From Parcubacteria group bacterium (lineage in GTDB: Bacteria; Patescibacteriota; Minisyncoccia; Moranbacterales; UBA11712), in the NCBI GenBank assembly GCA_041659065.1, contig JBAZYY010000006.1, forward strand, positions 1,551 through 65,550: a stretch of 64,000 nucleotides of DNA, read 5' to 3'. The position numbers were made by a program, and so were the translations under genes. The notes below the pieces were generated by a model. The model did no database searches, was not told the DNA's origin, and saw nothing but the letters and a program-made list of their open reading frames with translations. Below are positions 9,310 to 21,050 of the stretch, one piece after another. Each line of letters begins with the position of its first letter. The first letter of the stretch is position 1.

Positions 9310-10988
9310 TGAAGAGATTAGACTGGGGAAAAATCTCTCAATTTCTTACCAATAAGGAGCGGATTTATATTGGTATTCTATGTATCGCAGTCGCTGCTTC
9401 TCTTGTGGCAACGGTGATCGGTTTCTATTTGCACTTCACGAAGGCGGTGGCAGTTCCCGGCGGGGAATATAGCGAAGCCGTCGTGGGGCAGCCGATGTTT
9501 GTTAATCCGATTCTTGCTCCCGGGAATGATGTCGACCAGGATTTATGCGAACTGATTTTCTCGAGTTTATTCAAATACGATGCAGACGGAAAACTAGCAC
9601 CCGATTTAGTGGAAAGTTATGAAATTTCAGATGACAAGCTAACTTACACTCTCAAACTCAAATCCGGAGTAAAATGGCACGACGGGGAAACGTTTTCCTC
9701 GGATGATGTTCTTTTCACAATCCAGGCAATTCAGGATCCGGCTTTTAAGAGCCCTCTTCGCCAAAGCTGGCAGGGCGTGGGAGTGGAGGCCGTGGACGAG
9801 TCTACTATAAACTTTATCCTTACGACGCCTTACGTATTTTTTCTGAATAACCTGACGGTAGGGATTTTACCCAGGCATATCTGGGAAGGAGTCCCGCCTT
9901 CAAATTTCATTCTGGCTGACTATAATTTAAGACCGGTCGGTACGGGCCCGTATGAATTTTCCGATATTGCCAAAGATAATGAAGGAAATATTCTCAATTT
10001 TCAACTTATTGCGAATGATGATTATTACGACCAGAAACCTTACATAAAAAGCTTCAACTTGAGTTTCTATTTTGACGAAGATTCAGCCATTGATGCATAT
10101 AATAAAAAGCAGGTCTTCGGCATTGGCTATATCTCGCCTTCAAAGCTGACTGATTTGAAAAGTCGCAGAAGCAGCAATATCCACTCAATTAATATTCCCA
10201 GATATTACGCAGTTTTCTTTAATCAACAAAGGAGCAAGGTGATGGCTGATCGGGATGTGAGGAAGGCTTTGTCCCTAGCGACAGACAGGAAGACTATCGT
10301 TGATCAAGTCCTTAAGGGCGAGGGCAAGGAAATATTTTCTCCGATACCCCCGGGAACATTTGGCTATACGGATGATGTAAAGAAATTTGATTTCGATATT
10401 GAAAAAGCCAATAAGGCTTTAGATGACGCAGGTTGGAAACGGGGAGATGACGGTGTCAGAAAAAAGAATGATCTTGTACTCGAGATTAATCTCGTGACGA
10501 CTGATTGGCCGGATCTGGTTGCGACCGCGGATATTCTGAAGAATCAATGGGAAGCTATCGGAGCGAGGGTGAATCTCGAAGAACTTGGTGTATCGGACAT
10601 CCAGCAAAATTTCATCCGTCCGCGGGAGTATGATGCTTTGCTTTTCGGACAGGTTTTAGGAATTGATCCTGACCCATACGCATTCTGGCATTCCTCTCAG
10701 ACTCGGGACCCCGGTCTTAATCTTTCGCTTTATTCCAATCCAGACGTGGACAAGTTATTGGAAAAAATTCGCCAGGAGACGGACGAAGCGCAAAGGCTCG
10801 GAGATTATAAAAAATTTCAACAGGATATTACTGATGACATTCCCGCCCTTTTTCTCTATAGTCCTAATTACCTGTACGTGACTAACGGGAAGGTTCAGGG
10901 AATAGGCATCAATTCAATGGTGACGCCGGATAAAAGATATGCAAACGTCGAACAGTGGTACGTGAAGACCAAACGGGTCAAGAAGTAA
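9309..10988 (+). CDS. ABC transporter substrate-binding protein, family 5 (peptide/nickel, OppA/DppA-like), membrane-anchored
   Basis: 559 aa with an N-terminal TM anchor and SBP_bac_5-like core. No adjacent permease or ATPase genes. Confidence 0.8.
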   Translation: MKRLDWGKISQFLTNKERIYIGILCIAVAASLVATVIGFYLHFTKAVAVPGGEYSEAVVGQPMFVNPILAPGNDVDQDLCELIFSSLFKYDADGKLAPDLVESYEISDDKLTYTLKLKSGVKWHDGETFSSDDVLFTIQAIQDPAFKSPLRQSWQGVGVEAVDESTINFILTTPYVFFLNNLTVGILPRHIWEGVPPSNFILADYNLRPVGTGPYEFSDIAKDNEGNILNFQLIANDDYYDQKPYIKSFNLSFYFDEDSAIDAYNKKQVFGIGYISPSKLTDLKSRRSSNIHSINIPRYYAVFFNQQRSKVMADRDVRKALSLATDRKTIVDQVLKGEGKEIFSPIPPGTFGYTDDVKKFDFDIEKANKALDDAGWKRGDDGVRKKNDLVLEINLVTTDWPDLVATADILKNQWEAIGARVNLEELGVSDIQQNFIRPREYDALLFGQVLGIDPDPYAFWHSSQTRDPGLNLSLYSNPDVDKLLEKIRQETDEAQRLGDYKKFQQDITDDIPALFLYSPNYLYVTNGKVQGIGINSMVTPDKRYANVEQWYVKTKRVKK

Positions 10989-11128
10989 TCTCATTATCGC
11001 GCCATCCTTATCATTTCTAGATTTTTCAATATTTGAGCTTGGGCATTTTTGCCCCGGACGTTTTATCTAGTTAGTATGATTTTCCTGTTTGATGGGCAAG
11101 TGTGCCGGCTCTTCGATAAAAATATCAA

Positions 11129-11212
11129 GCCGAAGTGGTGAAATTGGCATACACGCAGCGTTCAGGTCGCTGTGGGGGCAACCCCGTGGAGGTTCAAGTC
11201 CTCTCTTCGGCA
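11129..11212 (+). tRNA. tRNA-Leu (anticodon CAG), long variable arm
   Basis: Cloverleaf GCCGAAG...CTTCGGC acceptor, anticodon loop TTCAGGT, variable-arm hairpin GGGGGCAACCCC, T-arm GGAGGTTCAAGTCCTCT. Confidence 0.75.
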
Positions 11213-11297
11213 CAAATTTAATTAGTCTTTTAACTCACCCGGTTAAATATCAATAAATGATTTTTCTGCATAGCAGAATTTAACAGGGTAAAAAATT

Positions 11298-13025
11298 ATG
11301 ATTGCAACAAAAAGCCGTTCTGATGCACAAAGTATCAGGCGGCGAGGTAGCCGAGGCTACTCAAAACACAATTTAAGAATTATCCCCTTAGGGGGGCTGG
11401 AGGAAATCGGTCGCAATATGACTGCCTTTGAATATGGCAAAGACATTATTATTGTCGATATGGGTCTTCAATTTCCGGAAGAAGATATGCCAGGAATTGA
11501 CTATATCATCCCAAATGTTGATTACCTCCGCGGAAAAGAAAAAAACATCCGGGGCGTGATCATAACTCACGGCCATTTCGACCATATTGGAGCCGTGCCT
11601 CATCTTATTCCAAAGCTCGGAAATCCGACGGTGTATGCCACGGAATTGACGCGGGGAATAATAATGAAGCGCCAGGAAGAATACAAAAACCCCATCAATA
11701 TTAAAACGGTAAAAAAGATTGACCGGCTCTCACTCGGCGTGTTCAATGTTGAATTTTTTCATGTAAACCACACCATTCCTGATTCGGTGGGTGTTGCTAT
11801 AGGGACTCCGGTCGGTACAGTCGTACATACAGGAGACTTTAAATTTGATCACAGTCCGGTGGCGGACGCTCCAGCCGATATCGCGAAAATCGCTCGTATC
11901 GGCGGTGAAGGCGTACTGGCTCTGATGTCAGAGAGTACTGACAGCCAGATTCCAGGATATTCGCCTTCAGAGTCTTCCATAAGAAAAACCCTTGAGGAAA
12001 ACTTTGAGAACTCTTCTGGGCGAGTTATCACGGCGACCTTTTCATCACTCATTTCGCGTATCCAGCAGCTCATAGAAATATCGGAAAAATTCGGTCGCAA
12101 AGTAGCGATTGACGGTTATTCAATGCGAACGAATGTTGATATTGCAAGGTCGTTAGGCTATCTCAACGTGAAGAAGGGAACGATCATTCCGATCAGTGAA
12201 GTGAACGATCATCCGGATAGCAAGATAACAATCATTTGCACCGGTGCGCAGGGGGAAGACAAGGCGGTTTTGATGCGGATCGTGAACGGAGAACATCGTT
12301 TTGTGAAGATCCACAAGAACGACACTGTAATTTTTTCTTCTTCGGTGGTTCCGGGAAACGAACGGACTGTTCAAGGCGTCAAGGACGGGTTGTATCGTAA
12401 AGACGCAAGGGTCATTCACTCAATGACGCTCGATGTTCACGCGGGAGGCCATGCTCGACAAGAAGACCTTAAGATGATGATCAACCTTTTGCGTCCGAAA
12501 TATCTGATCCCGATTCACGGGCATTATTATATGCGCAAGGTTCATGGGGAGCTTGCAGAGCAGGTGGGTATGAAGCCGGAGCAAGTGCTCATAGGGGATA
12601 ACGGTCAGGTTATTGAGCTAGATTACCGTGGGAATGGAAAACTTACAGACGAAAAAGTGCCTACGAGCTACGTCATGGTGGACGGGCTGGGCGTTGGAGA
12701 TATCGGCCAAGTGGTTCTGCGTGATCGGCAGGTTCTGGCGCGCGATGGTATGTTCACAATCGTGGCGATAATCGACAGTAAGACCAAGCGGGTAATCGGC
12801 GAGCCGCAAGTGACTTCGCGTGGGTTCATATATGTCAAAGAAAATTTTGATCTTGTGAACGCGACCAAGCGTAAGGTAAAGGATGTCATTCACAACGCGA
12901 CCTCTAAAGATGAAGCAGTCAACTGGTCATACGTTAAGGATGAGATTCGGGAAGTTGTCGGACAATTTCTCTATACCAAAACCGAACGTCGTCCGATGAT
13001 TTTGCCAGTGGTGATCGAGGTGTAG
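11298..13025 (+). CDS. rnj: ribonuclease J
   Basis: Metallo-beta-lactamase HGHFDH motif, beta-CASP region and C-terminal domain in a 575-aa ORF. Confidence 0.9.
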   Translation: MIATKSRSDAQSIRRRGSRGYSKHNLRIIPLGGLEEIGRNMTAFEYGKDIIIVDMGLQFPEEDMPGIDYIIPNVDYLRGKEKNIRGVIITHGHFDHIGAVPHLIPKLGNPTVYATELTRGIIMKRQEEYKNPINIKTVKKIDRLSLGVFNVEFFHVNHTIPDSVGVAIGTPVGTVVHTGDFKFDHSPVADAPADIAKIARIGGEGVLALMSESTDSQIPGYSPSESSIRKTLEENFENSSGRVITATFSSLISRIQQLIEISEKFGRKVAIDGYSMRTNVDIARSLGYLNVKKGTIIPISEVNDHPDSKITIICTGAQGEDKAVLMRIVNGEHRFVKIHKNDTVIFSSSVVPGNERTVQGVKDGLYRKDARVIHSMTLDVHAGGHARQEDLKMMINLLRPKYLIPIHGHYYMRKVHGELAEQVGMKPEQVLIGDNGQVIELDYRGNGKLTDEKVPTSYVMVDGLGVGDIGQVVLRDRQVLARDGMFTIVAIIDSKTKRVIGEPQVTSRGFIYVKENFDLVNATKRKVKDVIHNATSKDEAVNWSYVKDEIREVVGQFLYTKTERRPMILPVVIEV

Positions 13026-13070
13026 TGTTATGTAGCATGTAGCATGGAACATAGGACATAGAACAAATTA

Positions 13071-13103
13071 AAAACCCAGGAGCTCGGCTCTTGGGTTTTT
13101 TGC
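13071..13103 (+). terminator. rho-independent terminator of rnj
   Basis: aaaaacccaggagctcggctcttgggttttttgc hairpin followed by a T-run. Confidence 0.6.
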
Positions 13104-13202
13104 AGCTGATTGTGCGTTTGCCTTGCCCGTGCTATATAAGAAACAACAATTAACAAATTGCCTGGAAAACCCTGCTATTCACGGATAATCCTCTTCTGCG
13201 TA

Positions 13203-13270
13203 GCCCTGCCACAAGGCATATATAAAAGTCTGTGGCAGGGCTTTACATTTTATAAATCTTGCCCTATAAT
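13203..13270 (+). promoter_or_regulatory. uvrA promoter (TTTACA-N16-TATAAT) with an abutting 11-bp-arm inverted repeat (candidate operator)
   Basis: gccctgccaca-N17-tgtggcagggc is a perfect inverted repeat ending 2 nt before the -35 TTTACA. The TATAAT lies ~35 nt before the uvrA ATG. Confidence 0.5.
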
Positions 13271-13305
13271 GGACAACTAGTAGTTCTATTTTTTGCCAAT
13301 AATAA

Positions 13306-16092
13306 ATGAAGAAATCTTTTCTCACGGTTAAAGGCGCCAGAGTGAATAATCTCAAGAATGTTGATGTAAAGATTCCTCGGGAAGAACTGGTGGTTATCAC
13401 TGGCCTTTCCGGATCTGGAAAATCATCACTCGCCTTTGACACCATCTTCGCGGAAGGACATCGCCGCTACGTAGAAAACCTTTCATCTTATGCCAGGCAA
13501 TTTCTCAATGTGTCCACGAAGCCGGACATAGACAAAATTGAGAATCTTTCGCCTGTGATTGCGATTAACCAAACTAGCGTCAACCGCAGCCCGCGTTCGA
13601 CAGTCGGGACTATGACGGAGATTTATGATTATCTCCGTATTTTATTTTCCAAAATAGGAAAACCTCACTGTCCAAAGTGCCAAAAGGTTCTGAATCAAAA
13701 AGGAACAGATGAAATAGCAGACGAGGTCATTGAATATGGCAGAAACAGAAAGGGCCAAGTGATATTATTGGCAAGACCGCAAAGAATCGAGAAGGATCTC
13801 CAGCAGATACTACTTGAATTCAGCCAACTTGGGTATGCCAGAGCGCGGATTAACAGAAAAATTGTATCAATAAAAGATATTCAAAATGATGCGGGGGAAT
13901 ACGCAGCTTGCGGAGAAGTAGAGCTGGTTGTAGACAGGATTAATATTGATCGCAACTTTAATGACAGAGAGCGGCTAATCGATTCGATTGAGACTGCGAT
14001 TAAATTAGGAAGAGGCGAAGTGATAATCAGCTGCGAAAATGACCCTGAGGATCGAAAATACAATCGCTACTTGGTTTGTCCGGATTGCGATGTGACAATC
14101 GAAGAGATAAGCCCGAGTTTGTTTTCCTTTAACAATCCGGAGGGCGCCTGCCCGGATTGCACCGGCTTGGGCACCAAGCTTGAAGTTGAAGTTGAACAAG
14201 TAATCCCCAATAAGAAACTGACGCTTCGCGAGGGGGCGATCCGTCCGTGGAATAACCTGGGAGCCAGAGCTGCCGGGCAAAATGGCCATCTGCAGCTATT
14301 GAAGGATTTATCCAAAAAATATAAGTTCTCTCTAGATAAGCCCGTGAAAAATCTCAAACCTGAAGCAATGAAAGTTATATTATATGGCGGAGATGAAAAT
14401 TTTAGCGGTGTCATACCCACACTTGAAAGAAAATATAAAGAAACACATTCAGAATACTTAAGATCCGAGATAGAAAAGTATATGGTTATTAAAACTTGTC
14501 CGGTTTGTAACGGGAAAAGATTGGCGCCGGTTGCGCTTTCGGTTTTGATTGATGGAAAGTCGATAGACGATCTTTCTCAGATGAGCCTTGAAGATCTTCA
14601 AACAGAAATGGAGGCAATTAACGAAAATGCGAAACGCACCAAAAGCAACGAGAGCCTTATCGGAGAAGTTCATGGAGAAATCGAAAAGATTATCAAAAAT
14701 CTCTGCGACGCGGGCTTGAGTTATCTCACCCTTTCCCGTTCAGCAGGGTCACTCTCAGGAGGAGAGGCTCAAAGGATAAGGCTGGCGACACAAATTGGAT
14801 CCGGTCTAGTTGGGATCCTTTATGTTCTTGATGAACCGTCTATCGGTTTGCATGAGAGGGATACTCAGAAGCTGATCGGATCCCTCAAAAAATTAAAGGA
14901 TGAGGGGAATAGCATAATTGTAGTTGAACACGATGGGCAAATAATTAAGTCTGCGGACTGGCTTATTGATATGGGCCCTGGCGCGGGTGACGAAGGTGGG
15001 GAAATTACTTTCGAAGGTGAGCCAAAAAAGATACTTACTTCCAAATCATTGACGGGAAAATATCTGAGCAGAAAATTAAAAGTCTCCAAAAAGACAGCGT
15101 ATCGAAAAGGAAACGGAAAAAATCTTTCGGTTATCGGAGCAACTGAGAATAATCTCAAACACGTTAATGTGAATTTTCCTCTTGGAAAATTGGTGTCAGT
15201 GGCGGGCGTATCAGGTTCCGGGAAGAGCACTTTGGTTCAGGATATTTTATCCAAAGCCTTGCGGCGCCACTTTTTTCGCAGTCGCAATATTCCCGGAAAA
15301 CACGAAGAAATCAAAGGAATTGGAAATGTTTCAAAAGTGGTCAGCATTGACCAATCTCCGATAGGGCGCACTCCCCGTTCGAACGCAGCTACTTATACGG
15401 GCTTGTTTTCTTTGATCCGGGATATTTTCGCCGATACCGAAGAGGCCCGAAAGCGTGGTTACACGGCTTCCAGGTTCAGCTTTAATATGAAGGGCGGCCG
15501 TTGCGAAGTTTGTCAGGGAGAGGGTTTTAAAAAAATCGAGATGCAGCTCCTGCCGGATATTTATGTCCCTTGTGAGGCGTGTCACGGGACTCGATATAAT
15601 CACAAGACGCTTGAGATTGAGTATCGCGGCGAGAATATCGCCCAAGTTCTCGATATGAGTGTTGGATACGCGCTCAGATTTTTTTCCAACTTCCCGCTCG
15701 TTTTCGAAAAGCTGAAAACCTTGGAAGAGGTGGGCCTTGGGTATCTCAAACTGGGGCAGTCCGCGATGAACCTGTCCGGTGGGGAAGCGCAAAGAATCAA
15801 GCTAGCCACAGAGTTGGCTCGCCGCACGGACGGGAAAGCATTGTATATATTGGACGAGCCGACTATCGGTCTTCATTTTGAGGATATTGCGAAACTGCTC
15901 AAGATATTAGATGGGCTGGTTGATAAAGGAAATACAGTACTTGTCGTTGAACATAATCTCGATGTGATAAAAGCTTCTGACTGGGTGGTTGAATTGGGGC
16001 CTGAGGGCGGAAAGAATGGCGGAGAAATAGTCTTTGAAGGAACGCCTAAGAAACTTGCAAAAGCAGAAACGTGGACAGCGAAATATCTTTGA
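13306..16092 (+). CDS. uvrA: excinuclease ABC subunit A
   Basis: 928 aa with two ABC ATPase modules (GLSGSGKS and GVSGSGKS Walker A motifs, two LSGGE signatures) and zinc-finger cysteines. Confidence 0.95.
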   Translation: MKKSFLTVKGARVNNLKNVDVKIPREELVVITGLSGSGKSSLAFDTIFAEGHRRYVENLSSYARQFLNVSTKPDIDKIENLSPVIAINQTSVNRSPRSTVGTMTEIYDYLRILFSKIGKPHCPKCQKVLNQKGTDEIADEVIEYGRNRKGQVILLARPQRIEKDLQQILLEFSQLGYARARINRKIVSIKDIQNDAGEYAACGEVELVVDRINIDRNFNDRERLIDSIETAIKLGRGEVIISCENDPEDRKYNRYLVCPDCDVTIEEISPSLFSFNNPEGACPDCTGLGTKLEVEVEQVIPNKKLTLREGAIRPWNNLGARAAGQNGHLQLLKDLSKKYKFSLDKPVKNLKPEAMKVILYGGDENFSGVIPTLERKYKETHSEYLRSEIEKYMVIKTCPVCNGKRLAPVALSVLIDGKSIDDLSQMSLEDLQTEMEAINENAKRTKSNESLIGEVHGEIEKIIKNLCDAGLSYLTLSRSAGSLSGGEAQRIRLATQIGSGLVGILYVLDEPSIGLHERDTQKLIGSLKKLKDEGNSIIVVEHDGQIIKSADWLIDMGPGAGDEGGEITFEGEPKKILTSKSLTGKYLSRKLKVSKKTAYRKGNGKNLSVIGATENNLKHVNVNFPLGKLVSVAGVSGSGKSTLVQDILSKALRRHFFRSRNIPGKHEEIKGIGNVSKVVSIDQSPIGRTPRSNAATYTGLFSLIRDIFADTEEARKRGYTASRFSFNMKGGRCEVCQGEGFKKIEMQLLPDIYVPCEACHGTRYNHKTLEIEYRGENIAQVLDMSVGYALRFFSNFPLVFEKLKTLEEVGLGYLKLGQSAMNLSGGEAQRIKLATELARRTDGKALYILDEPTIGLHFEDIAKLLKILDGLVDKGNTVLVVEHNLDVIKASDWVVELGPEGGKNGGEIVFEGTPKKLAKAETWTAKYL

Positions 16093-16193
16093 TAAAATCT
16101 AAATATCAAAATCCAAATTCCAAATCAAATCCAAATGATTAAATGTTAAAAAATTTAGATTTTGGACTTTGAGCTTGGTTTGATATTTGAGCT

Positions 16194-17189
16194 TTGATAG
16201 TTGGATTTATGCATATGCAATCCCAAGTTACAAAAAATATATTAAATACAATTATCTTTTATGATATTCTTGACTATCCACTCACTTCCTTTGAGATTTG
16301 GAAGTATTTAATCGTTGCGACGGGCGATGCAAAAGAGGATAGCAGGTGCTCTCTCGAAGAAATAAGTCGAGAAATAAATTCCGGCAAATTGGTAAATCAT
16401 ATCAGCGAAAGCCTGGGTTTTTACTTTTTAAAAGGCCGTGAGGAACTTGTTTCGCAAAGGCTTGAGCATAACAAACATTCGATTTCGAAATATAAAATTG
16501 CCCAAAAGGCTGCCAAATGGCTAAGGTTTTGTCCCTTCGTTCGAATGATAGCCCTCACCGGAAGCGTAGCTATGAAAAATACGGAGCGCAATAGTGACAT
16601 TGACTATTTCGTGGTATTGGAACAAGGAAGAATTTGGACGGGCCGTTTATTAGCGACAGCTCTGGTCCATCTCCTTGGGATGAGGCGGCATGGCAGCAAA
16701 GTCAAGGATCGTATTTGCCTTAACTACTTTATTAAAAGCGATAATCTTGAAATAAAGCTCAAGGATATTTTCGGGGCAAACGAGTATTCGTTTATTTTTC
16801 CAATTTTTGCTTATTCGTACTTGGGCGCTAAAAGTGACGAGGACAGCAGGGCGGCTTTCGAAAGATTCAGTGAGAAAAATATCAATTGGATAAAAAAAAT
16901 AAAGCCAAATTTTGGGTTTGCCGAATTGGAATCCCCTAAATATTTGCCTCATTCCAGGCTAAGTAAATTTATCCAAAAATGGCTTGAATACTTGATAAAT
17001 GCGCTGGGAGGCGATATAATGGAATCCTGGGTTAGAAAATTTCAAGTTCGTAAGATTGAGAAAAATCCACTGACTCATAAGCGGGGAGCTTATGTCGAAT
17101 ATGATGATAAAAATCTGATATTTCTTCCCGAACCGCAGGGAGAAAAGATATTCATAGAGTATATGAAACGACTAAAAGCCTTGACATAG
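16194..17189 (+). CDS. nucleotidyltransferase-fold (Pol-beta superfamily, MNT-like) domain protein of unknown function
   Basis: GSVAMKNTERNSDIDYFVV matches the GS-x9-13-DxD minimal nucleotidyltransferase signature. The remainder is unrecognised. The real start may be the internal MHMQS. Confidence 0.5.
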   Translation: MIVGFMHMQSQVTKNILNTIIFYDILDYPLTSFEIWKYLIVATGDAKEDSRCSLEEISREINSGKLVNHISESLGFYFLKGREELVSQRLEHNKHSISKYKIAQKAAKWLRFCPFVRMIALTGSVAMKNTERNSDIDYFVVLEQGRIWTGRLLATALVHLLGMRRHGSKVKDRICLNYFIKSDNLEIKLKDIFGANEYSFIFPIFAYSYLGAKSDEDSRAAFERFSEKNINWIKKIKPNFGFAELESPKYLPHSRLSKFIQKWLEYLINALGGDIMESWVRKFQVRKIEKNPLTHKRGAYVEYDDKNLIFLPEPQGEKIFIEYMKRLKALT

Positions 17190-17246
17190 TAGAAATATTT
17201 TATATAATTAGTATTGCGATTAGCAGTCGGAGCGTTCAAGTGCTAA
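17181..17246 (+). promoter_or_regulatory. groEL sigma70-like promoter (TTGACA-N17-TATAAT) followed by a CIRCE/HrcA operator
   Basis: TTAGCAGTC-N9-AAGTGCTAA at ~17220-17246 differs from the CIRCE consensus TTAGCACTC-N9-GAGTGCTAA at 2 positions. The TTGACA overlaps the stop codon of the upstream gene. Confidence 0.7.
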
Positions 17247-17369
17247 TCACACCCAACCAGAATTGTGAATTGAGAATTGAGAATTTTAAATAAGAATTTG
17301 GAAATGCAGGGTAAGAAAAATTTATTAATTCTGCATTCTTGATTCAAGATTTCCATTCTAAATTCCTAA

Positions 17370-19142
<1,773 letters not shown>

Positions 19143-19180
19143 TTTTGATTAGTTTGCAGTTTGCATTGAGTAGTTGAAAT

Positions 19181-19217
19181 TATAGAAAGCGCTTCTCGCA
19201 AGGGAGGCGCTTTTCTA
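19181..19217 (+). terminator. rho-independent terminator of groEL
   Basis: agaaagcgcttctcgcaagggaggcgcttttct hairpin with G-U wobbles, followed by a T-rich tract. Confidence 0.5.
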
Positions 19218-19300
19218 TAATTGGTTACAAAAGAAATATTTTTATTCTTGCGTTTGTATGAATTAAAAGATGCGATAGGCTAATAATTAAAACTAAACAT

Positions 19301-19675
19301 ATGCCAAGAATCGTACACTTCGAAATTCCGGCGGATGATCCGGAAAAAGTGTCCAAATTTTACACGGACACGTTTGGTTGGGAGATAAAAAAATGGGAAG
19401 GATCTATGCCGTATTGGCTGGTGAAAACCGGCGAAAAATCTGAAATGGGGATTGACGGGGGAATTTATAAAAAAGACGAAAAGATGAAAGAGACAGTGAA
19501 CACCATAGGCGTGAAGGATATCAAAGAGTCTGTCGAGACGGTGAAGAAAAATGGCGGCAGCGTCATGGGTGAAGTGAATGAAATACCCGGAGTCGGTCTA
19601 TTTGCCTACGCTATGGATCCAGAAGGAAATAAATTCGGCCTGATGCAGTCTTTTCCGGACGCAAAGATGGCGTAG
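19301..19675 (+). CDS. VOC family (glyoxalase/bleomycin-resistance fold) protein
   Basis: 124 aa with the HFEIPADD N-terminus typical of small VOC proteins. Confidence 0.65.
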   Translation: MPRIVHFEIPADDPEKVSKFYTDTFGWEIKKWEGSMPYWLVKTGEKSEMGIDGGIYKKDEKMKETVNTIGVKDIKESVETVKKNGGSVMGEVNEIPGVGLFAYAMDPEGNKFGLMQSFPDAKMA

Positions 19676-19788
19676 AGGTATTCGAGGTGAAACCTCGAAT
19701 AAGAACAATAATACGAAAGCACACCAGTATACCAGTTTATTGGTGTGTTTTATCAGTTGCCAATTCAATAGCACAAGCTCTAACTCCG

Positions 19789-19818
19789 ATACTTTAGTAT
19801 AGTACTATACTAAAGTAT
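19789..19818. repeat. perfect 30-bp palindrome (15-bp arms)
   Basis: atactttagtatagt|actatactaaagtat. It lies between a stem-loop at ~19679-19701 and a terminator at ~19861-19897. Confidence 0.8.
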
Positions 19819-19860
19819 TTAATTTTAAGGCGTGTTTTGCTTAAAGAAATATTTATGAAA

Positions 19861-19897
19861 AGCCCGGCTCGAGGATATCCTAAAGCCGGGTTTTTTA
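19861..19897 (+). terminator. rho-independent terminator
   Basis: cccggct-N14-agccggg stem followed by tttttt. Confidence 0.6.
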
Positions 19898-19913
19898 TTA
19901 CTCGTTGTTGTCG

Positions 19914-20852
19914 CTACTCCTCCTTTATTGTTTCGATTAGTATGGGCTCTTTGGCCGTTCCGATGAAGGGATGTATTTTTTCCGTTAGTTCTCGGAAAAA
20001 TCCAGAAGGTAAAAAGATGGCGGCTTTCTCATTAAATTGCATCGATGTGGCAAGCACTATCCCGCCTTGGATCTCTTCACCTCTTACGATGACTTCGGGA
20101 CGCGATTCAAACGGTAACTCGCAAGCTGCATCCAGAGAGTCAATGATCTGCGGATGAGAGAGCTGATTCACAAAATTTTCATCATCTACCGCAAATTGTC
20201 TTAACACTTCGTATGTGTGCGAATCTTTCGGTAGTTCCCGCAGCCAGTGCTCGAGAGTTCTCACGAGAAGCTCTTTTGCCGTGCGAGGGCTCGGGATCAA
20301 CACGCGCAATGTATTCTCGCCATTTTTCAAAAAGATCACGGAACTGTGGTCCAGAAGATTTGGGATTATCATTCCCCGCACTAAGCAAACTTTCCCACTC
20401 ATTTCGCCCCGCAGGAAGTTGCTTAAGTGATGTTCTACGCGAAAGGGGCGCCAGCCCGCTTGGTATTCGTTTCCCAAAACCGGATATTCATTCAGTTCCG
20501 GTTTTACAAACGCTTCCAGTAAAGATTTTAAAGCCAGGCTCTTTACATAATCAATCTCGTTTTGTTGAAGTATCTTTTCCTTACCTTTCTTCCATGCTTT
20601 GCGAATCAAGACAAAATTAATTGGCCATGTGACAGCAACAGTCAGAATTGCATATACGCAAATTACGGTAGAAAAGCGTGGAACGTCTTGCAAGTTGGGC
20701 AAGAAGACTGGAAGAAGTACAAAAATGAATGTGAAAATATATGCTCCTGCCATGAAAGACATCACGTATGAAGGCCAAAAATACTTGTTGAAGTTTCGAT
20801 TCAGCTTTGAACTTGCAAAGTCTGAAATCGGCACATTAATTGCATTTTTCAT
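19914..20852 (-). CDS. hypothetical membrane protein (2 N-terminal TM helices, cytoplasmic C-terminal domain)
   Basis: 312-aa ORF. Hydrophobic N-terminal helices and no recognisable domain. Confidence 0.45.
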   Translation of the reverse strand: MKNAINVPISDFASSKLNRNFNKYFWPSYVMSFMAGAYIFTFIFVLLPVFLPNLQDVPRFSTVICVYAILTVAVTWPINFVLIRKAWKKGKEKILQQNEIDYVKSLALKSLLEAFVKPELNEYPVLGNEYQAGWRPFRVEHHLSNFLRGEMSGKVCLVRGMIIPNLLDHSSVIFLKNGENTLRVLIPSPRTAKELLVRTLEHWLRELPKDSHTYEVLRQFAVDDENFVNQLSHPQIIDSLDAACELPFESRPEVIVRGEEIQGGIVLATSMQFNEKAAIFLPSGFFRELTEKIHPFIGTAKEPILIETIKEE

Positions 20853-21050
20853 TGTCCAGCTCCTTGAGTAATTTTTAAACTACTTTCCCTGTTAGATAGG
20901 GAACAAGTCAGGATATAATAAGGCTAAGTTTCCGACAAATAATTTGAAGGTTATTATAATAATAGACGTAATATAGACTAAAAATATAATATTAATAAAA
21001 AATGTGACGAAATAATTGACACTTTTTGCATATATTGCTAGATTAAAAAT

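Noticed and set aside
13179-13445. 88-aa - strand ORF across the uvrA start
   Set aside because: It overlaps the uvrA promoter, palindrome and N-terminus. uvrA is certain.
16194-17189. CBASS cyclase (CD-NTase) interpretation of the nucleotidyltransferase-fold protein
   Set aside because: No effector, Cap2/Cap3 or other defence partners flank it. The neighbours are uvrA and groEL.
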